From Octopus vulgaris (lineage: Eukaryota), in assembly GCA_951406725.2 (NCBI GenBank), contig OX597828.1:77128001-77192000 (forward strand): DNA of 64,000 nucleotides, given 5' to 3'. The translations under genes were made by a program, and so were the position numbers. Of the stretch, positions 1-13,409 are shown one piece after another (position 1 is the stretch's first letter; every line of letters starts with the position of its first letter). Under the pieces are notes generated by a model that was not told the DNA's origin, searched no databases, and saw nothing but the letters and a program-made list of their open reading frames with translations.

Positions 1-109
1 AATAGTAATAATAATAATAATAATAATGTTTTCGTTATCAATTTGTAGAAATTCGCACACACATACGCACAACGTATATGTATACATTTAAACGGAAACA
101 CACACACAT

Positions 110-182
110 TTATATATATATATATATATATATATAGACGTATACGTACGTATGTATATATATATATAGACGTATACGTACG

Positions 183-223
<41 letters not shown>

Positions 224-234
224 GTATACGTACG

Positions 235-277
<43 letters not shown>

Positions 278-310
278 GTATACGTACGTATGTATATATA
301 TATATATATT
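110..310. repeat. Compound (TA)n microsatellite with four copies of GACGTATACGTACGTATG
   Basis: The same 18-mer recurs four times, separated by variable (TA)n. Confidence 0.9.
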
Positions 311-844
311 TACTTGTACGTATTTATCTAATCGACTACTCACACACACACACACATATACACACATATACACACACATTAATCTATTTTCATGAATTTT
401 ATTTTTGTTGTGGTCTTTCCTTTTCATATTACTTTATTAGAAAAATTTATTGTACGAAAACTAGAGTGTGTTTATTTGTCAGTGAATGCGGTCTTTCTTC
501 ATTAAAAAAAATGCCCTCGCACCATATATAGATATATTATGTGATGTTGTTATTGCTGATAGCGGTCGTGGTGATGTTGGAGGAGTCAGTTCTGCTCACC
601 TTCTACTTTTATTTTGCCTTATTTCAACGTGACTGTTGTGAAATATTTAACAATTTTATAGGTTACGTACAAGATATTTCCATAAATTTCTTCCTCGATG
701 TTATGAGAAAACATAAAAATTCTCTTTGTTTTAATTACTACGTCAAATGGAAATTGAAGCTGTTTCATTTGGATTAAACCGTTGAGAAAATTACACCATT
801 TATGAGGATTGCTTTGGGTGCCAGAGTGTTGTTTGTCATATATT

Positions 845-1170
845 CTGGTACTCCGTCGGTTACGACGTCAAGGGTTCCAGTTGTTCCAATCAACGAGACA
901 GCCAGCTGGTGAAATTAATTTTGAAGTGGCTGAGCACTCCACAGACACGTGTAGTCTTAACATCATTCTCAGCGAGATTCTGCGTGACACACAGACTGTG
1001 ACAAGGCTGGCCCCTTTCAATTACAGGTACGACTCATTTTTGTCAAATGAATGGACTGGGACAACGCGAAATAAAGTGTCTTGCTCAAGGACAAAACGCG
1101 TCACCGGGGATTGAACTCACGACCTTACGATCGTAATCCGAATACTCTAACCAATAAACCTCACGCCTTC
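845..1170 (-). mobile_element. tRNA-derived SINE (family C, diverged)
   Basis: Minus-strand tRNA-like head near 1100-1170 (B-box-like GAGTTCAATCC), then CCTTGAGCAAGACACTTTATTTC, a segment shared with the copy at 34947-35275. Confidence 0.75.
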
Positions 1171-1522
1171 TCTGTCATATATTTATACAATACTTACGTC
1201 AATGATTCATTCATCACTGCTGCTGATAACACGGACATTTAAAACATTCTCCTTGGACCGGAAAAGTACAATCTAGACATTCTCCACAATCCTCAGGACA
1301 ACTTAGGATTTCGGAAAGGAACCTTTTTTTTTTCTCTTTTGCTCGTATGTTCAATTATACATTTGTAACGTAGTGGTTTCTTTTAATCAGCCAACTGTAA
1401 CACGTATACTTGGTAGTTTTGCTTTAGTACAATAATAATGGTTTATTAGTTCCCGTTCCGTGTTACTTATGTAAGATAATGAAATAAATATAGATTTTCA
1501 AATAAAACGTTTTGATTTTTTC

Positions 1523-1904
1523 TTTTATTTGTTTCAGTTATTTGACTGCAGCCATGCTGGAGCACCGCCTTTAGTCGAACAAATCGACGCCAGGACATAT
1601 TCTTTGTAAGCCTAGTACTTATTCTATCGGTCTCACTTGCCGAGCCCCTAAGTTTCGGGGACGTAAACACACCAGCATTCGTTGTCAAGCGATTTTGGGG
1701 GGGAGGGGCAAACACATAAACACACACACACACACATATATATATATACGACGGGCTTCTTTCAGTTTCCGTCTACCAAATCCATTTACAAGGCTTTGGT
1801 CGGCCCAAGCCAATAGTAGAAGACACTTGACCAAGTTGCTACGCAGTGGAATTGAACTCAGAACCATGTGGTTTGTATGCAAGCTGCTTACCACACAGCC
1901 ACTC
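1523..1904 (-). mobile_element. tRNA-derived SINE family A
   Basis: Head GAGTGGCTGTGTGGTAAG...GAGTTCAATTCC, internal (TA)/(TG) tract, body and tail shared with about 10 other copies in the window. Confidence 0.9.
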
Positions 1905-2334
1905 GTACATATTTATAATAAACCGTTATCGATAACATTTTACGGTAACAGTTTCAAGCTCATGAAAGATAGCGTGGCATCCTTAAAAACACCAATAGGT
2001 ATTGTTAGTATGTGCGCGTAACTTAGTTCCCATTTGTGTGTGCGCGCGTGTGTGTGTGTGTGTGTGTGTTTCTGTGTGAAGGAGAGAGTGCGTGTGTATA
2101 AGGTCACTCTTAATGCTACTTGTAACATGTAACCTAGGACAACCTGCCTTATAGTCGGGACTTTGGTGACGAAACCAGGAGCCCTATAAAGCCCGCTTTG
2201 TAAGAAGGGTGGCTTTCTCTGGGCGCCCTGTGTGTGTGTGTATGTGTGTGTGTGTGCATGTGTGTGTTAAATAAAATGAGACAACAAGGCCAAGGCAGTA
2301 TGGAATTTCTAGGACATTTTAAAAGAGAAAGTTA

Positions 2335-2381
2335 GTCTTACAGCTGTTTCTGGGCTATGACGGACATCCCTCATCAGAGAC
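2335..2381 (-). ncRNA. Minimal type I hammerhead ribozyme motif in a PLE-like insert (about 2267-2560)
   Basis: Minus strand reads GUCU-CUGAUGA-GGG(13 nt)CCC-A-GAAA-CAGCUG-UA-AGAC. Stem I is GUCU/AGAC, stem III is palindromic, cleavage triplet GUA. Confidence 0.75.
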
Positions 2382-2688
2382 GATATGAGAGAGGTAAATA
2401 GAGGTAAATTGTAGTTCAATATAAGGAGTTACTTTGGAAAGGGTGAGATGTAGAAATTATAAATGGAAATAAGAGAATCAAAATAAAAATATATGTTGGA
2501 TGTTACAGTTGCAGTTCCATTATCCAAGGAAAATGGTGAGTAGAATGGGTAGGGTGGCTTCTTGCCCATGTCATGTAAATTCCGACTGGAGTTCATATTT
2601 TGTTATTACAAATGGATAGTGCAGAGACATTAATTCCATGTGATGTTTACACAAAAGCTTCACTCTCTCTCTCTCTCTTTCTCTCTCC

Positions 2689-2721
<33 letters not shown>

Positions 2722-2777
2722 CGTGTGTGTATATATATATATATACGTGTGTGCATGTATATATATAGAGAGAGGTA

Positions 2778-3085
<308 letters not shown>

Positions 3086-3682
3086 TACACACCATTCTCT
3101 AAAGAATGACAATCAATGTGTGTGTAAAAATATTTTTCTGCGTGTTATATATCTTCGCGGTTGAGATGCCTACGACATCCGCCTGATATCGTTAACTGGC
3201 GTTACTCACCGCAAATCTTTAAGTATCAACTATCTCCAACGATACTAAGAGCAATATATGCAACTGATCATGTGTGAAAACAATAGTAAGAAGATAAATG
3301 CCGCTTTCGGATAAGCCTTGCTTTTCGTTTTTTCTATAGTGATATGGCCAATACTGGTCTCATAGAGAACTGACGCTACCGTACAGTAAAGGATTTGTGC
3401 GAGATTACTGCAGGTTGGTACAGGAATTGACAATCGTTGTGTGTTTTTAAACGGCTAATATACATCTTCCATGCTGCAATCATTTTTTTTTCTGTAAGTT
3501 TAACCAATCAGATCCAACCATTATGGATTCCTCGCACGTGATCACAGTTTTATGAAAGAAGCTCAAACCGAAAAGATAAATTATTTTTTTTATGTAAATT
3601 ACGAAATAGCGATATTTATTTTATGATTGATCAACACTAAGCCAAGCCTACTTAAACAGACTCAAAATAAAAGGCGTTCCAA

Positions 3683-4925
3683 CTGTGACCATTTCATCGT
3701 TTTTAAGACGGTAGCACATTATCTGAGGGAGATTTGTTTACTGTTTCGAAGTTTCAACAATCGTTTTAGTATGCAACTTTTATGCTGCTGCTGTTGTTGT
3801 TGTTGTCGTTTATGCTCATATCTGACCTGATCAGATCCATGATCAAATGTATGCCACACATGACCATCCCGTTTCTTTCCAATGGTCGTGTAACCCTGCA
3901 CCACGTTACCTAATGAATCAGGAACGATGGGGTTGGATTTGAAGGACAAATGTTTGATTTTATTGAAAATTTCTTCACAGATACAGTTTTTAATTGCAGT
4001 TACCTCTCCAATCAATTTGCCCGAGATGATTGTAATTTATCCGATTTCTATGGATTGCTATGGGAACGGATGGTAATTCTGATTTCCGGCATCATGAAGA
4101 GAATGGACTGATCTGATTGGCTGAAATTACAAAAAAAAAATCAATCTTTAACGATTCGTAATTTTTTATTAATTTCTCGAACAATAGCTTTATTTTCTAA
4201 ATTGGCATTTAAAATAAAGAACTAAATCTTTTTGGAAATTTACAACAAAATTTGGGAAAATAGTTCAAAATGGGAAGGTTTTTTTTTTTTCAAAATATTT
4301 AGTTGTACGTTTTCTGACAAAGAATTGGTCCAGACTTGATAGGCGACGATGAAAAATAAACCATAAACATTGAGAGACGTCACAATCTGTGACCATTTCA
4401 TCGTTTTTAAGACGGTAGCACATTATCTGAGGGAGATTTGTTTACTGTTTCGAACAGTTTCAACAATCGTTTTAGTATGCAACTTTTATGCTGCTGTTGT
4501 TGTTGTTGTTGTCGTTTATGCCCATATCTGACCTGATCAGACCCATGATTTCTAAATGTATGCCACAGGTTGACCAATGGTCGTGTAACCTTGTGACCAC
4601 GTTACCTAATGAACCCGGCACGATGGAAGTTGGATTTGAAGGACAAATGTTTGATTTACATTGAAAATTTCTTCATATATATATATATATATATAATATA
4701 TATTTACCTTCCATATATACCCAAGATGATTGTAATTTATCCGATTTCTATGGACTTATGGGTTAACGGATGGTAATTCTGATTTCCGGCATCATGAAGA
4801 GGGACTGATCTATTGGCAAAATTACAAAAATATATATCTTTAACGATTCGTAATTTTTTATTAATTTCTCGAACAATAGCTTTATTTTCTAAATTGGCAT
4901 TTAAAATAAAGAACTAAATCTTTTT
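3683..4925 (+). repeat. Direct duplication of about 550 bp (3683-4234 and 4387-4925)
   Basis: Both copies begin CTGTGACCATTTCATCGTTTTTAAGACGG and end GAACTAAATCTTTTT. The second copy is indel-rich. Confidence 0.9.
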
Positions 4926-4942
4926 AAATATACATACATATA

Positions 4943-4999
<57 letters not shown>

Positions 5000-5115
5000 A
5001 TATTTCGGAATGGTCACTTTGCGAGTTTAGCCAATAAAAAACGCACACACTATATATTTGGTGTTATTTTGCTTCAGTGTTACTTATTTTTTTACATTAA
5101 TCTTAATCTTATTTC

Positions 5116-5160
5116 GGCCAGACTTCTTTCGTCAAACTCCTGTGACCGCATCAGTGGTCC
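5116..5160 (-). ncRNA. Degenerate hammerhead-like motif in a (TA)n-flanked insert (about 4995-5250)
   Basis: Minus strand reads GGACCA-CUGAUGC-G-GUCA(CAGGAGUU)UGAC-GAAA-GAAG-UC-UGGCC. Core A9 is changed to C and stem III is unpaired. Confidence 0.45.
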
Positions 5161-5245
5161 TTTGTTTTCTTCTTTCTTATTTGTGTCTCTCCTTACTAAC
5201 CGTCAGCCATTTTGTATTTCTATTATATGTCTTCATTTGCGCATG

Positions 5246-5360
<115 letters not shown>

Positions 5361-6014
5361 TGTATGTATATAAAATACAAAATGGAACAAGAACGCAAAA
5401 CATCCGGACAACTAGGTGTTACAAAAAGGGACAACAAAACAACCAGATAGACGATACAAAAAAAAACAAGGACGGAAAAACAGATAAAGTTGCACAAATA
5501 TAAATACAATATAAATACAATAAACATAATAATAACAGGACATAACAACAGGTGTCTTTCGACTGCAGTTCGGCAAGAGACCGATAGAATAAGTACCAGG
5601 CTTTAAAAAATAATAGGGTCAATTCATTCCACTGAAATTGCTCGAGGCGGTGCCCCACCATGGCCGCAGTCTAATGACTGAAATAATAAACGATAAAAGC
5701 TATAGCGAATGAACATGGAAACAGTAGGAACAATTGTGGCATTAGCTATTATATAAAAGTAGGAAGGAGAACATAAAAACTGTAGCAGGACTTACAACAC
5801 GACACTGTGTCCGTAAAGTACCCCTAGTGAGAGCAGACCCCAGCCTGCGTCAAAATTTAACATTTCAAAAGCAGAACCCAAATAGAACAAGCTTTACACA
5901 GAACCCACGTTTTATAATTTTATTTTTTAAAATAAGCAGCTCTAAACATTTATAACTCATGGAATATAATTATTTACATGATTTAATTTGACGAATATTT
6001 GTCCTCATCTTGCA

Positions 6015-6155
6015 TATGGTGTAGTGGTTAAGAGCGCGGGCTACTAACCTCAAGATTCCGATTTCGATTCCAGGCAGTGACCTGAATGATAATAATAATA
6101 TTAACAACAACAACATTGAAATATACCTTAGGAATGAGAATCCAGATTCGAAACT
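6015..6155 (+). mobile_element. Short tRNA-derived SINE-like element
   Basis: TGGTGTAGTGGTTAAGAGCGCGGGCTACTAACCTCAAGATTCCGATTTCGATTCC has A/B-box spacing and is followed by (AAT)/(AAC) repeats. No proper acceptor stem. Confidence 0.65.
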
Positions 6156-6865
6156 ACATAATAACTGTGAGTCACTTTCTGTTCTGCGCTAAATAATATC
6201 GCTTCATTCATTGGTCGAAACCAAGATTAATTTTTCAAGTGGTTAGCGCAAATCCCAGTTTATGTTACACGCAGACTCACACACGCTCATATGCACAAAT
6301 GTATGCGCTGCTGGTATTCGCATGAGTTTGCTTTAATGCATGCATATAAACACACACGTACGTACGTACGTACGTACGTACGTACGTACGTACGTAGGTA
6401 GGTAGGTGGTAGGTAGGTAGGTAGGTACGTACATACATACATACATACATACATGGATAGATTTGAATGAAACATTGACAAATGTGCGATCACACACGCA
6501 CGCACATATACGCACATGCCCACAGACACAAACATACGCATGTATATACATATGCATATACCTATATTTTATATCTGCACAAGTAAATATATATATATGT
6601 ATTTATGCATATGTGAGTGTGTGTGTGGGTGTGGGTGTGTGTGTCAATATGTATGTATATTTTAGATAGATATATGCACAGACACAATCACACACTAGAT
6701 ATGTGTGCACATATATTTAGTTTTATACGCATATAATTGTATGTCTGTATATGCGTCTGTCATTTTCCATGTACATATGCATGTGTGTGTGTGTGTGTGT
6801 GTCTGTGTCTGTGTGTGTGTGTATGTATGTATATGTGTGTGTGTGTGTGTCTGTGTGTGTATGTA

Positions 6866-6905
<40 letters not shown>

Positions 6906-7174
6906 TGTGCTTGTGTGTGTATGTATGTGAGTGACTGTGTGTCATTGGTTCATTTATATGATAAAATTGTCTCCGCGTAATTAGAAAAATCAGTTTGCAA
7001 CAGAAGCGGGAATGGGAAGGGAGAGGGGAGAGACAAAGAAACAAGAGAAACGAAATCTGAAGGATTGTGCGTTGGTGGCGAGTAAAGAATTACCATTTGT
7101 TTGACGGTTTCGGCTTCGGATAAAGGAATTGTAATTAAACCAATGAATACACACACACACTTCACACATATGCA

Positions 7175-7237
<63 letters not shown>

Positions 7238-7433
7238 CTGTGTATGCGTGTATGCTTGTGGATGTTAATATCTATATCGTTATATGTTATTTAGATATGT
7301 ATGCATGCGTGAACGTTCATATATATGCGGCATATAAATGTACACACACACACACAATATACATATATATATATATGTATATATATATAAAATATAAATA
7401 GTATATATATTACATATATATGCATATATACAT

Positions 7434-7488
<55 letters not shown>

Positions 7489-7644
7489 TTTATGTATGTA
7501 TAAAAGAGGTAGAGAGAAAGAGAGCGAGAAGAATGGAAGAAGACGTAAATTTATGCATATAGCTAAATGTAGGTGCGTCTGTGAATTCCCCTACCCTTGT
7601 ATAAACATATATATATATATGCATATGTATATCATATATATGTT

Positions 7645-7686
<42 letters not shown>

Positions 7687-7713
7687 TACACACACTCTCA
7701 CACACACACACAC

Positions 7714-7744
<31 letters not shown>

Positions 7745-7857
7745 CAGACATATATATATATGTACAGACATGTAAAACAACATATTTTATATGTATATTA
7801 TACATACGAATATTTGTGTAGAATCTTATATGGATCATATATATATATGTAAGTATG

Positions 7858-7897
<40 letters not shown>

Positions 7898-8264
7898 TAT
7901 ATACACACATATACATACATGCATGGAAAGAGTGAGAGAAATATACATATATACATATACATGTGTGTGTAAGTATGAAACGTATATATGTATATACGTA
8001 TGTATGTATGTATGTATGTATGTATGTATATACGTATGTATGTATGTATGTATGTATGTATGTATGTATGTATGTATGTATGTATGTATATATGTATGTA
8101 TATACGGAGGCATGTATGTATGTTTGAGTGAAAACATGCCTTGTTGAGCCTTAAGGCATGATTAACAGCCAAGCAAAGCAGGATTTTTGAATCTGAATTT
8201 AAAAGGGAAAGTAAAAACTACAACGGCAATAACAACAACATCACCAACGACGAAAGTGAAGATG

Positions 8265-8532
8265 GCGACGACGACAGCGACGGCGACGACGGTGATGCTG
8301 GTGACGATGATGACGATGATGAGGATGATGATGATGGTGACGATGATGATGATAATGACGACGACGACGGTGGTGGTGGAAGTGGTGGTGGTGGTGGTGG
8401 TGGTGGTGACGACGACGACAATGATGATGACGATGATGATGCGTAGGAGGAGGATGGTGATGATGGTGATGATGGCGATGACGAGGACGACGATGATGTT
8501 GAGGATGATGATGATGATGATGATGATGAAGG

Positions 8533-8596
<64 letters not shown>

Positions 8597-8631
8597 GGTG
8601 GTGGTGGTGGTGGTGGTGGTGGTGGTGGTGG

Positions 8632-8674
<43 letters not shown>

Positions 8675-8755
8675 GATGATGATGATGATGATGATGATGA
8701 TGGTGATTATGATAGAAGAAGCTGACGGTGATGACGATGGTGTTGATGAAGAAGA
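8265..8755. repeat. Compound (GAT)/(GGT)/(GAC)n trinucleotide repeat
   Basis: Seen directly. It explains the poly-M/V/H ORFs. Confidence 0.95.
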
Positions 8756-9614
8756 TAAAGATTTTTAGTTTCGAAATAGCGGAAATGGGGGAAAAAATGG
8801 CGGCTAGTGCTACGAGGTATAACGCATACAAAACAATAACAATAAGAAAAAGAAAAAAGAAGGGGAATAAATTCCAGTAAAAGGGAAATGGTCTTTAAAA
8901 TTTTCTGTCACCTTTAGAAACACCGAAATGTGGTTGGGTAACATGCACTTGGTTAATAAGGTGAGCGAACTTGTTGAACATTAGAAAAATAATCCCAGGT
9001 GAATTCTATGCGAGCGCTTTAGTATGGAAGCCCATCGGCTGTTGTCAGTAATTGCTGGCACTATCAGCGAAGGCATGCATTGATTTATAATAAGAAGATT
9101 CACTGATTCACCAGTACAAACCGACTATGAAACGAGCTGGGACTGCCAGTGTGTATTAGTTCGATATGCTAGAATATGTAGCTAAAACGCCCTCGATATC
9201 ATTCTGGACATTCTAGATAATATAGTCCGAGATAAGTTATGCCTGAAAAGACATGGTGGTCATGGTAAGAAGGACTTTGGTCAAAGAAAAACAGGGCCAT
9301 TGTTCTGTAACTTGAATCTTTTATGTGTTCTTACTATTGGTTTGCGGCCATGCTAGAGCACCGCCTTGATGGATGTAGTTGAACAGATCAACGCTAATAC
9401 ATGTCTTTAAGACCGGTATTCTATTTTTATGCTATCTGATACATTTACCGGACCGCTAAGTCATGGAGATATAAACAAACTAACACCTGTTGTTAAGTGG
9501 GGGGAGGCTAACAAACAAAACACAAAGGCGCACACATATAGGTAAGTACATATATAAGTATATGTGTGTGTAAGTATATGTGCATATATATATCATCTAT
9601 ATTATGTGTGTATG

Positions 9615-9653
<39 letters not shown>

Positions 9654-9730
9654 ATAAATATTAGGGAATAAATCCAAATTTACAAGGAAAATCAGATTTA
9701 GGATTGAATCCAATTTTATAGTAAAATATT

Positions 9731-9981
9731 ATATAATATTAATTAGAGACAAAACCACTATTTTGCAAATCAAACAAAGACTTATTTCGAAGACTTCATA
9801 ACTTAAAATAGAATAGAAGATCTGAAATCCACCTGATGAATGTCCTGAGAAGAGACATGAAACAATTGTAGTGGCGAATATAATTTTATTTAATTTATAT
9901 TAAAATTGTTTTATGTATTGGATTAAGTCTTTCTTTGTTTGATTTGCAAAATAGTGGTTTTGTCTCTAATTAATATTATAT
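9731..9981. mobile_element. Non-autonomous element with a perfect 50-bp inverted repeat (9731-9780 / 9932-9981) enclosing a hammerhead
   Basis: The arms are exact reverse complements. The right arm runs into (TA)n and another (TA)n tract lies about 80 bp to the left. Confidence 0.85.
9829..9874 (+). ncRNA. Minimal type I hammerhead ribozyme motif
   Basis: CCAC-CUGAUGA-AUGUC(CUGAGAAGA)GACAU-GAAA-CAAUUG-UA-GUGG. Intact core, 4-bp stem I, 5-bp stem II, palindromic stem III, triplet GUA. Confidence 0.88.
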
Positions 9982-10039
9982 ATATATATATATAGATAGA
10001 TAGATAGATAGATAGATATGTATATATATATATATATAT

Positions 10040-10268
10040 GGCGGTGAGCTGGCAGAAACGTTACCATGCCGGGCGAAATGGTTTGCGGTATTTCGTCCGC
10101 CGCTGCGTTCTGAGTTCAAATTTCACCGAGGTCGACTTTGCCTTTCATCCTTTCGGGGTCGATAAATTAAGTACCAGTTACACACTCGGTCGATGTAATC
10201 GACTTAATCTGTTTGTCTGTCCTTGTTTGTCCCCTCTGTGTTTAGCCTCTTGTGAGTAGTAAAGAAAT
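10040..10268 (+). mobile_element. tRNA-derived SINE family B
   Basis: GGCGGTGAGCTGGCAGAA...GAGTTCAAAT head, then GGTCGACTTTGCCTTTCATCCTTTCGGGGTCGATAAA, which resembles the Meta/Sauria-type central domain (from recall). Confidence 0.9.
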
Positions 10269-11035
10269 ATGTGTGTGTGTGTGTGTGTGTGTGTGTAGAC
10301 GACGGGCTTTTTTCAATTTCCGTCTACAAAATCCACTCACTAGCCTTTGGTCCGCCCAGAAACATTCTCAAGTCCCGATGCAGCGGTGCTGAATGGAAAT
10401 CCATGATTTTGGGAAGCAAGATTCTAACCACACTCTTATGGTGTCTTCACTTTTTTATGCTCATGCGCGTGCAATAACAGCTATGACAAAATTAGCAAGC
10501 GTACACTTTATTTCTAATTTCGGTAGAGTCTTCTTCGCAGTAGATATCGATCTACTGTTTTTAGCAGGTCACAGGCCTGCTTCACGTGGCTCCTCGTCGA
10601 TTCTTTAACCACAAGATTATTTCTTTTTATTTTCATATTTATTTTTGTAGTCGAATTCGCTTTTGTTGAACTACTGGTATACCTGCTCTCTCTGCTAACC
10701 TCCCAATCCACTGAGCCGTCTTCGTATTGGTCAGACACCATTTTTCGAATTCAAATACACTATGCCGCAAAGAGAAATATTCTTCACATTTCAGGTGATA
10801 CAAAATACAAACAGAATTCATCAGAAAACATCGGTTTTTAATGAATATTATGCAAAGTAGAATGATATTATCGATAATGAATGCGCATATATTATATTAC
10901 GTATTATATACATTTATAAATTGGATATTCTTACAAAACACGGACACTAAAGAACAGATATGTATGTATATATGTATATATCCGTATACTTATACGCGCA
11001 CACGGAGCTAAATTCGCACTTATATATGCATGTAA

Positions 11036-11093
<58 letters not shown>

Positions 11094-11206
11094 GTACAAA
11101 TATGTATATGTATGTGTATATATGTGTGTGTGTGTGAGTATACATAAGTATATCTACGTACATCATATGTATATATATATCTATTTTTGTATATATATAT
11201 ATATGA

Positions 11207-11261
<55 letters not shown>

Positions 11262-11440
11262 TAAATGTACGCCTGTGTGTTTAAGTATGTGTGAACAAAC
11301 AGATATCTATCTTTATATTTATATATACACAGCAGGTATATACATACATACATGTGCATACATAAACATATATGTATGTGTGTGTATGCATATGTATAAA
11401 TATATATATATATACACACACAATATATATATATGTATGT

Positions 11441-11496
<56 letters not shown>

Positions 11497-12063
11497 ATTA
11501 TATAGAAACTGACACAAAACGTATTACTTATTGTTTAACAACGGTCCGCTGTAATATATCGGTTAAACGAGAGGTAAAATAACATATTATAGAAAAAGTT
11601 TAATAACGTACATTAATGTCAGTGAACCAAGCCAATCTTATTATCTTCGAAGGAACCGAGTAGTGAGAGATTTTACTTGCGGCCCAGAAGGGAAATTTGA
11701 GCTGAGTATTATTCTTTGTTTACATTCTGAAAATTTACGTTAAAATCGTTCCCCTCACACAATAATTTATTTACATTGTGTGAACCTAAAGTGAAAATCT
11801 TCCCTTTTACTTAAGTTTTCACTCAACTCCCCTTATACTCACCTCGTTTTACACTCTTTCTCAAAAACCTCTATTCTTATCACATCTTCTCTCTCTCACT
11901 TTTTCTCTCTTCTATCTTATCTTAGTTTCTCTGTTTCTCACTCTCTCTCTTCCGTGATATATTTTTTATTTTTATTTTTCATTTTCATTTTGTTTTCTAT
12001 CTTGAGTTTTCTCTCTCTTTCTCAGAAATCTCTGTTCCAATCACATCTTCTCTCTCACACACA

Positions 12064-12126
<63 letters not shown>

Positions 12127-12289
12127 TTATCTATCACAATTCCCTATTTCGTACTCTGTACGTGTTCTCTATTTCTGTAGGTTTTCTCTATTTCGTATTC
12201 TCCCTCCCCTCTTTATACTCTTTTCCTTCTTTCTATTAGTATTTCTCTCTACCCTAAGATAACCTCTCTCTCTCTCTCTCTTACCGTGC

Positions 12290-13408
12290 ACAATGGACCC
12301 TAGCAACACGAAGCCTTATACAGCGCCAAATTGATGCTAACAAGAGGATGCGCCGAAACTGGCAATTAGAAGAAATTTGCCTTCTTGTACAAGCATGGAT
12401 GTTGGCCAAAGGATCGCCAGCAAATGATCTAATAGCTGAAACCTTGGATAGAAACAATTTCTACAGATCTATGGCCCAAATTGAACGGAAGAAACAGGAG
12501 CTCATACGCTGCTATCATCTTATAAAACCGCATCTTGACTCCTAGAAGGCATTATGAGGAGCGGAAGCTGTAAAAAGGACGACAATGAAGACCCTGCACA
12601 CTGGGATCAAACTAAGGAAGGCCAAACGGATGAGTGAAACAAGGCAAATGTCACCAGTGCTATAGCCGCTACTGAAAGCTGCAATGGCCATTGTGAATAC
12701 AATCAACCCAGTACCATACTAAAAGAGAGAGACAGGAGAACAGACAAAGTAGCCAAAGACAAAGAAATGGTGAACACTAACAAGCTTCAAGCCCAAACCC
12801 ATGTACGTCACGCAAAGAAGCAGATTATCTGTAAGTTCTACCGAAATGGTACCTGTTGGCACAGGGAAAAGGGAGCAAACTGCATATTTGCCCATCCCAA
12901 ACACCACCAGCTAAACAAGTTAGATGCCCATCCACAGCACACGAAGAGGGAGCGCAGAAAAGGGAGACCCAAAAAGTTGAACCTGCATACCCATAATCGA
13001 CCAACAACCAACAGGGCTCACAAGGAAAGAAGCCTACATATTCCTTCTGCCCCCAACAAAAGGCTGTATGCAGAGGCTGTGCGAACTGTAGCAGCTGAAC
13101 AACAAACTTTTTTAAGCATGGCCCAGAAAATAGTGCATCAACTAACGTGGATACAGAGGGTACAGCGTCAACACCATGCAAACCACTATCCAAGACCACC
13201 ACAGACGATGGAACCAGGATGGCCAGCACTAACACCAGAAACCCCTGCACAGTTATCACGCCCATATTCCTACTGAATATCCGGGGTCTATTACGAACAG
13301 GCGGCTGAGACAAGTTTCTATACCTGAAAGACCTAGCTGCATGCAATCAATCAATGTGCATAGTGCTTGCCGAAACGCATCTAACATCTAATATAGAAGA
13401 TGCGGAGA
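12290..13408 (+). pseudogene. 5' portion of a LINE (CR1/Jockey-group-like): disrupted ORF1 with a CCCH finger plus the start of the ORF2 AP endonuclease
   Basis: ORF 12767-13276 contains CKFYRNGTCWHREKGANCIFAH (C-x7-C-x8-C-x3-H). An overlapping frame from about 13270 reads LLNIRGL...IVLAETHLTSNIEDAE, matching APE N-terminal motifs, with an in-frame stop. Confidence 0.75.
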
Positions 13409-13409
13409 C

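Larger units (their letters stand above)
9330..10445 (-). mobile_element. SINE family A copy split by nested insertions (3' half 9330-9530, 5' half 10296-10445)
   Basis: The two halves are collinear with intact family A copies. The interruption lies in the internal microsatellite. Confidence 0.75.

Noticed and set aside
110-310. CRISPR-like repeat-spacer appearance
   Set aside because: The spacers are only (TA)n, the context is eukaryotic, and there are no cas genes.
6015-6085. Possible tRNA gene
   Set aside because: No acceptor stem pairing, a damaged T-loop and a repeat tail. It is a SINE head.
8187-8831. Poly-Met/Val and poly-His ORFs
   Set aside because: They come from a (GAT)/(GGT)n tract with no unique coding sequence or splice context.
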